Below, one piece after another: positions 58,460-64,000 of a stretch of DNA of 64,000 bases; the stretch's first letter is position 1; the number at the start of each line of letters is the position of its first letter. The position numbers and the translations under genes were made by a program. The DNA comes from Candidatus Ozemobacteraceae bacterium. GTDB taxonomy: Bacteria > Muiribacteriota > Ozemobacteria > Ozemobacterales > Ozemobacteraceae. The stretch spans positions 32,001 through 96,000 of the forward strand of contig OZ223236.1 of NCBI GenBank assembly GCA_965140445.1, read 5' to 3'. The notes beneath the pieces are model-generated. The model was not told where the DNA came from and did no database searches. It saw only the letters and a program-made list of their open reading frames with translations.

Positions 58460-59135
58460 CCCAATTTTTCTCCAATTACTTTGAACTATAACCCCTTCCT
58501 ATTTAACTATTTATTGTTAACATTATCATACAGACTGATTAATTCAAAAACCCCTCTATATTAGAAAACGCACGATTTTTAAACATTTTATTGATATTAA
58601 AAATACAAAACCAGCTCAAAGAGCAATCTTTCACTGTTCTTTAAGGCTTTTCTTTTATCATTTTTCTGATTTAAAGCCGACATTTCTACTATTTTTTTAT
58701 TAATATTATCAACTTTTACTCCAAATAATTGATAATAGCAAGCCCTATAAAAATATAAAAATTGAATAAAACAAAATGACTGAGTTAGAAAATCAGTAGT
58801 CTGGAAATATGAAAAATTAAAATTAAATTGGCAAAATTTCATTCTTTAACCAATTTTTCACAGGTCAAATCACCTGGGACAAGCAAAAAAAACCTCAGGA
58901 AGGGCCTCTTTTCACCAGATCCTTTCTGACAAAGGATTTAAGAAAAAGAAAACGTAAATAAAAAACAAAGCCATAGAAAAAAACGTTCTGTAAACCTAAA
59001 CAAAAATTAAATATTATTTTGTCCTCCTAGAGAAATTTTGATATTTTTTTCACAAGCGATTTTGGGCTATTATTTAGAAATTTTAGACAATCGAACTAAA
59101 AACTTTCAAAATGGTTCACGATTTTAATTTTTAAT

Positions 59136-59172
59136 AAAAAAAATGAGGCGACACTTAACCATGTCGCCTCAT
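59136..59172 (-). terminator. Terminator of the DnaB-like/TPR/HEAT operon
   Basis: ATGAGGCGACA/TGTCGCCTCAT inverted repeat with a T-run on the minus strand. Confidence 0.8.
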
Positions 59173-59200
59173 CCAACTCAAAATTCTACATTTAGGATAA

Positions 59201-60610
59201 TCAATGAACCTGTAGCTTATCTCCAACCTCTATTAGCAAGCAAATTGCTTTTTTCTCAGCTTCTGGAAGCTTTGAAATAGCCTCTGAAAGCCTGGGTCCT
59301 GCTTTATGCGAAAGAAATCTCTTTAGAAGCCCAAGCAAACGCTCTTTGTGAGACTCTTTAACCATTTTTTGCTGTTTTTCCAGCAACCCAAGCAAATCTT
59401 CAGGCTCAAGAAGCTCCAGCAGATAATGAACCAGCTCACCAGAATTCTCTTCATTAAACGATAGAAAGCACTTATATAAAGAATCCAGTCCTTCTTCTCG
59501 CGGTAGCAGCAGTGCTGACAAACCAATTGCATTTGCTGACACCTGATTATTATCGCTCTTTGTCAGAGATTGCAAAGCAACGAGATTCTTTTGCGAATAA
59601 AGAGCATATAGAGCATTCACCCTTATATCAACAGCTTCATTAGACTTGCTAGCCAACTTTTCAAGAGCTTCGCCCGTTTTATCTTTATCAAATCCTCCGA
59701 GAGAGGTTACAGCCATCAGGCGAACTTCACTAGCAGGATCATTTAACATGCGCGTAATCACTTCAGGATCGGCCGACTTACCGAGATTTTGCATTGAAGC
59801 TGCTGCGGTCTGTCTAACCCACTTATCTGAATGCTCAAGGCCTTCTTTAATCATTACCATAAAAGGAAGGCTAAACTCTGAGATCTCAATCACCTTAAGC
59901 ATTAGCTGAGCAAAACCATCATCTAACTGATTAATCTCAACCAGAGCTGAATTCAGATCTGGAGCGGATTTAGAGCGCCACTCAACTCTCATTTGTTTGA
60001 TAGCTTCGCCTGAAGTTGGATTAATCAATAATCTGAGCAATGAATCTCCGCCAAGCCGCTTCAATGCCAGAAGAGAAACTTCAACAAATTGATAATTTGC
60101 AAATTTATCAATTTCGTTTACCGATTTTTTCATTTCCTGGATAATGCTCGGAATACTCATTCTAAGCCCAGCCTCGGAAAGTATCTCCACAGCCTTTGCT
60201 TTTCTTGGCAAATCAACATCAGATTGGAGAACTTTTGCCGCATATTCCCCAAGTCTACTCATCTGATTTTTTCCATCTTCCAGTCTACTTGCAACATCTA
60301 CTATTGCTGATAAAACGTTGGGCATGCAAGATTTTGCTACTTTATCCAAACTTCTTATGAGCCGTGGTAAAATTTTTCTCCCGTTGTCCGGGTAAAAGAA
60401 CAAAAACTCTTCTATTTTTGCCACAACCCTCTTTTGCCTTTTCGGAGAAAGGTTAACCATCCTATCCAACAAAACTGCGAGTGAATAACCGCCAATATCA
60501 ATGATGTCACAAATTGCATCATTTAATTTTTTATCAGATATTTTTTCTAGTCTTCTAACCCTTTTTCTTAATTCTTTAACATCCCTACTTAAATTCTTTT
60601 CTAATGTCAT
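59201..60610 (-). CDS. HEAT-repeat protein
   Basis: LEHSDKWVRQTAAASM, LNDPASEVRLMAVTSL repeats; alpha-helical composition. Confidence 0.8.
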   Translation of the reverse strand: MTLEKNLSRDVKELRKRVRRLEKISDKKLNDAICDIIDIGGYSLAVLLDRMVNLSPKRQKRVVAKIEEFLFFYPDNGRKILPRLIRSLDKVAKSCMPNVLSAIVDVASRLEDGKNQMSRLGEYAAKVLQSDVDLPRKAKAVEILSEAGLRMSIPSIIQEMKKSVNEIDKFANYQFVEVSLLALKRLGGDSLLRLLINPTSGEAIKQMRVEWRSKSAPDLNSALVEINQLDDGFAQLMLKVIEISEFSLPFMVMIKEGLEHSDKWVRQTAAASMQNLGKSADPEVITRMLNDPASEVRLMAVTSLGGFDKDKTGEALEKLASKSNEAVDIRVNALYALYSQKNLVALQSLTKSDNNQVSANAIGLSALLLPREEGLDSLYKCFLSFNEENSGELVHYLLELLEPEDLLGLLEKQQKMVKESHKERLLGLLKRFLSHKAGPRLSEAISKLPEAEKKAICLLIEVGDKLQVH

Positions 60611-60627
60611 TTTTTCCTACCTTAGTC

Positions 60628-62514
60628 TTATAGGGCCTGAAGCAATCTTACCAACCTAGCCCGATCTATTTTGTCCGAGATCGAAAGATCAAGTAACTTT
60701 CTAGTCTCCGCTTTAAGCCTTTCGGTTTGTGCAAAGTTAAAACTTTTCTTTAATATAAAAGCTGGAATAACGGCATAAAGCGAATCACACTTTATCGCCT
60801 GTTGCCAATAATTCCAAAATTTTGAGCTTTTATTTCTTATGAGAGAATTTATAGCAGACATTGCCAGCGCTTCAGCATTCTTTGCCTCCTGGCGCAGGAC
60901 AAGATCAAACTCCCTTTGAGCAGAAGCAAAATCTCCTGCAAAAAAGAACGCTTTTCCAAACAAAAGGTGATCTTCTATAAATCGCGGATGATAATCTCCA
61001 ATGCGCTTCAGATGCTTCATTATTCCTCTGGGGTCTCCGGTGGCCAGAGTCAATTCTGTCTTACAAATAATTTCGACAAGACTTTCAATTCCGTCATCAA
61101 ACCGTTCCCAAACCTTCAAAGCCTTTTCAGGTTCAGATTTTAATATTGCCAATCTTGAATACCATAAAGCAATTTCTTCATCAGAAGGAGCTTTTTCCAT
61201 GAGATCAACAAAAGTTTTTTCTGCAGTTTCTAATTCATCCAGTCGCATTGCAGTATACCCATACAAAAATAAAGCATGAGTCTCATCCGGATATTCTTTT
61301 AAAATAATTTCCAGTCTTGCCGCAGCTTTTTCAAAATCCTTATCAAAAAGATCAAGCTCGGTCAAAGCCAAAGTTAGTTCTGGAAGGGGTGACAACTCTC
61401 TCACCGCATCAGTTAATACAGAACGGGCCGCCTGCGAATCGCCTTTCATTGCGAGCGACTTTGCCAAATCGATTCTATGTCGCGGTTCTTTTGGTGAACT
61501 AACATGAATTTCTGAATATAGTTCTGCTGCCAGATCAAAATTTCTCGCTTGAAAATGCAAGTTAGCCAATTCATCAGCGATAAACAAATCACGAGGATCT
61601 TTTTTTCTTAGCAGCTCAAGTTCCCTGATAGCAATGTTAAAGCTTAATCTTCCATCATAAAGGCCATCAAGAATATCATAAACTTCGCATTCATAAGGAC
61701 TTTGCTTAATTTCAAGATTTGCCGCTTCCGCCCTTTTTTTCAAAACCGGAAGTCTTCTCGCAAGTTCATCAAATTTATCCTGAAGAAGAGTTGGGTCAGG
61801 AATTGTAGCTAAACCATTTTTCAAAAGATCAATTCCTTCTTGAATCTTTCCTTCTTCAATTAGCATATCTATTAGCTTAATTTGAAGTTCCTGATGGTTT
61901 GGCTCCATCATTATCGCACGTTTTAGAGTGGTAACTGCTTTTTCACGCATGTCCAATGCTAAATGAGCATTAAAAATTCCCATTAGCGGAGCCGTTGAAT
62001 CACAAGCCGCACTAGAGGCTTTTCGAAAAACATCCAATGCTTCACGATATTTTTCCATCTCAAGTAAAGCATTTCCCATGTTCATCAGCGAAGTGGAATC
62101 TGAAGAAATTTCTTCCAAAATTGAAAAGAAAATTTCAGATGCTTTTTCAAGGTTTCCCAATTGGCGATAGCATTCCGCTATTGATTTTTTTATGTCTATA
62201 TCTTCTGGCAAAATTTCAAGGGCCCTTGAGAATGCGGTTAACGCGGTATCATAATCTTCACGATACAAATAAGCTTTCCCAATATTAAAAAGTGCCAGAC
62301 TATTTGAAGAATCCTTTTCGATAGCCTTAGCCAATAGTTTTATAGCCCTGTCAGAAAGACCTTTTTGAAGATATGCCGCACCAAGATTAACTAAAATATC
62401 TACATTTTCCGGTTCAAGGTTTAGCGCTTTTTCATATTCCTCGATTGCGTGATCAAATAGGCCTCTCGCCTGAAGGTCAACACCGTTTTGAAATTTATCA
62501 TTAGCAGACTGCAT
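60628..62514 (-). CDS. TPR-repeat protein
   Basis: AIEEYEKALNLEPEN, LVNLGAAY, LFNIGKAY and further TPR units. Confidence 0.9.
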   Translation of the reverse strand: MQSANDKFQNGVDLQARGLFDHAIEEYEKALNLEPENVDILVNLGAAYLQKGLSDRAIKLLAKAIEKDSSNSLALFNIGKAYLYREDYDTALTAFSRALEILPEDIDIKKSIAECYRQLGNLEKASEIFFSILEEISSDSTSLMNMGNALLEMEKYREALDVFRKASSAACDSTAPLMGIFNAHLALDMREKAVTTLKRAIMMEPNHQELQIKLIDMLIEEGKIQEGIDLLKNGLATIPDPTLLQDKFDELARRLPVLKKRAEAANLEIKQSPYECEVYDILDGLYDGRLSFNIAIRELELLRKKDPRDLFIADELANLHFQARNFDLAAELYSEIHVSSPKEPRHRIDLAKSLAMKGDSQAARSVLTDAVRELSPLPELTLALTELDLFDKDFEKAAARLEIILKEYPDETHALFLYGYTAMRLDELETAEKTFVDLMEKAPSDEEIALWYSRLAILKSEPEKALKVWERFDDGIESLVEIICKTELTLATGDPRGIMKHLKRIGDYHPRFIEDHLLFGKAFFFAGDFASAQREFDLVLRQEAKNAEALAMSAINSLIRNKSSKFWNYWQQAIKCDSLYAVIPAFILKKSFNFAQTERLKAETRKLLDLSISDKIDRARLVRLLQAL

Positions 62515-62516
62515 TT

Positions 62517-63977
62517 TTAAAATTCCTCAGACCTTCCGCTGCTGCGACTGGGATCTCTCTTTTTATCTTCTTTATATTTTTCAAGATTATCAATCATAGC
62601 TGAATAATTCTCAACCTCTTGAGGAGCGCATTCTTTGTATTTTGAATAAGACTCATAGTAGCGGTAGAAAACACGAGCATTTATACTACCCATTTTATTC
62701 TTTGCTATTAAAACTTCAGAAATAGGAATCATAAAACTCTCTTCGCCCCATTCCCACTCTAGAAAAGGAGTTTCAAAGTCATTTAAATAATCCGAGTAGA
62801 GAAAAAATACAGCATATGGATCATAGAGTAATCCCATAATTTCCTCTAGATCTTCTCTGACCGGACGTCTATTACTTACAGCCTTTGGTAAACCCGCAGT
62901 GGCAATTACAGTAACTCCCTCAACAGAGCTTAAACTCTTTAGCTCTGATGACAAATAGTTACATTTTTCGTTAAAAGACATGCTTGCCTGATTTCTTGTC
63001 TGTATCTTGAAAATTGGGTCAATAACAACAGCAACGTCTCCACCGCGTTCAAGTTTAGTTCTCTTTACGTATTTTTTCAGATCTTCCATGAACAATCTTC
63101 CAGAAGATTCATCTATCAAAATTAATCTGCTTTGCATTTTTGCCACAGTATTTAATCCATGAATTCGACTGTCTTCAAATTCAGTTCTTTCAAGATACGG
63201 ATTTTTTACGTAATCAATTGGAACTTCAGCCGCCTGGGAAACCATCTTAGCAGTTGCATCTATCCTATTTAGGTCGAGGCTGAAAAAAATCACAGTTAAT
63301 TCCGGGTTCAAAGTGACAAGATCCCATGCTAACTGAGTGGCAAAAGTCGATTTCCCCATACCTACCCCACCGGTGATGAGATAAAATTCTTTCTGGAAAC
63401 CGTTCAACCTTTCCATTAAAACGGGAAAGTTCGTTTCATATCCCAGATAACTCTTTTTTCTTCGCCTGTTAACTGCGACCAATTCTTCGATCTCAGCAAT
63501 ATGACTTTCGAGACTTTTTAAGTAGCCCGCGCTTCCTTTTAAAAATAAGCTTCGCATATTTTGAATGCAGTCACCCAAAATCTCGTATGCATCTTTTTTC
63601 TCCTGGAGCATTCTTTCTGAAAATTCAATCATAAGGCGATGAGATTCATCTCTAACATTACGATCTCTAATTTTATCAACAAGAGGCTCCAAATCATCCA
63701 GCATATCCACACCTGGACTTCCGAAAGGAGTTTTGAATAACTTTTGAATTCTCTCTACTCCACCCACGACATCAATTTTAAGCATAGGGCCATGCTTTTC
63801 ATTTGACAGCTTTTCCATGAGATTAGGTAAGTTTAGTTGATACCCTGCTTCAAGAATCTCCAGCATAACTGCTAGCAAAACCTTATTAGACTCTGCTCCC
63901 TGAAAATCGTTTGAGCTAAAATGCAATTCTGACAATTGTCTTCCTGCGACAATGGGATCAAAAACAAGGTTTGCCAA
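62517..63977 (-). CDS. DnaB-like helicase homologue with degenerate motifs
   Basis: GYET.F..L...LNGFQ, ITGGVGMGKST, FFSLD, VVID, ELKSL, RP..EDL, IAKNKMG; TTG start after GAGG. Confidence 0.8.
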   Translation of the reverse strand: MANLVFDPIVAGRQLSELHFSSNDFQGAESNKVLLAVMLEILEAGYQLNLPNLMEKLSNEKHGPMLKIDVVGGVERIQKLFKTPFGSPGVDMLDDLEPLVDKIRDRNVRDESHRLMIEFSERMLQEKKDAYEILGDCIQNMRSLFLKGSAGYLKSLESHIAEIEELVAVNRRRKKSYLGYETNFPVLMERLNGFQKEFYLITGGVGMGKSTFATQLAWDLVTLNPELTVIFFSLDLNRIDATAKMVSQAAEVPIDYVKNPYLERTEFEDSRIHGLNTVAKMQSRLILIDESSGRLFMEDLKKYVKRTKLERGGDVAVVIDPIFKIQTRNQASMSFNEKCNYLSSELKSLSSVEGVTVIATAGLPKAVSNRRPVREDLEEIMGLLYDPYAVFFLYSDYLNDFETPFLEWEWGEESFMIPISEVLIAKNKMGSINARVFYRYYESYSKYKECAPQEVENYSAMIDNLEKYKEDKKRDPSRSSGRSEEF

Positions 63978-64000
63978 AAGGCATTCCTCGTCAACAGCAA

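Noticed and set aside
58493..58522. dif-like sequence CCTTCCTATTT-AACTAT-TTATTGTTAAC
   Set aside because: The XerD arm matches only with an insertion, and I saw no clear strand-skew switch across the site.
58597..58842. 81-aa minus-strand ORF in the intergenic gap
   Set aside because: Very AT-rich, with no RBS or recognisable motif; likely spurious.

Overview
AT-rich bacterial chromosomal segment from a diderm, probably anaerobic organism (porin, rubredoxin, Mrp/IscU). The taxon cannot be fixed from the sequence alone. Left to right it holds: the end of a reduced dcw cluster (ftsA' ftsQ murG ftsW murD); larC/larB; a GH13 amylase; a porin-binding protein-MCP triad; an 812-aa unknown exported protein; four tandem membrane class III nucleotidyl cyclases; fcl; a penicillin-acylase homologue; an Mrp / BMC-shell / TrmO / IscU cluster; a leader-controlled heterodimeric ABC exporter; two output-less PAS proteins; ycf46-cheW-rubredoxin; rdgB-rph; many small accessory genes; ftsH-wecB; and a degenerate DnaB-TPR-HEAT operon. 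I saw no rRNA, tRNA, CRISPR array or mobile element. The standout is the cyclase array, arranged A-B-A-B as two translationally coupled pairs. Each A lacks the first metal-binding Asp and each B lacks the transition-state Arg, so each should be impaired alone but an A/B pair would rebuild one active site, as in mammalian C1/C2 adenylyl cyclase or sGC alpha/beta. Other leads are an orphan GrpU-like Fe-S microcompartment shell protein among Fe-S assembly genes, a leader-peptide attenuator upstream of the ABC exporter, and a pseudo-helicase DnaB.
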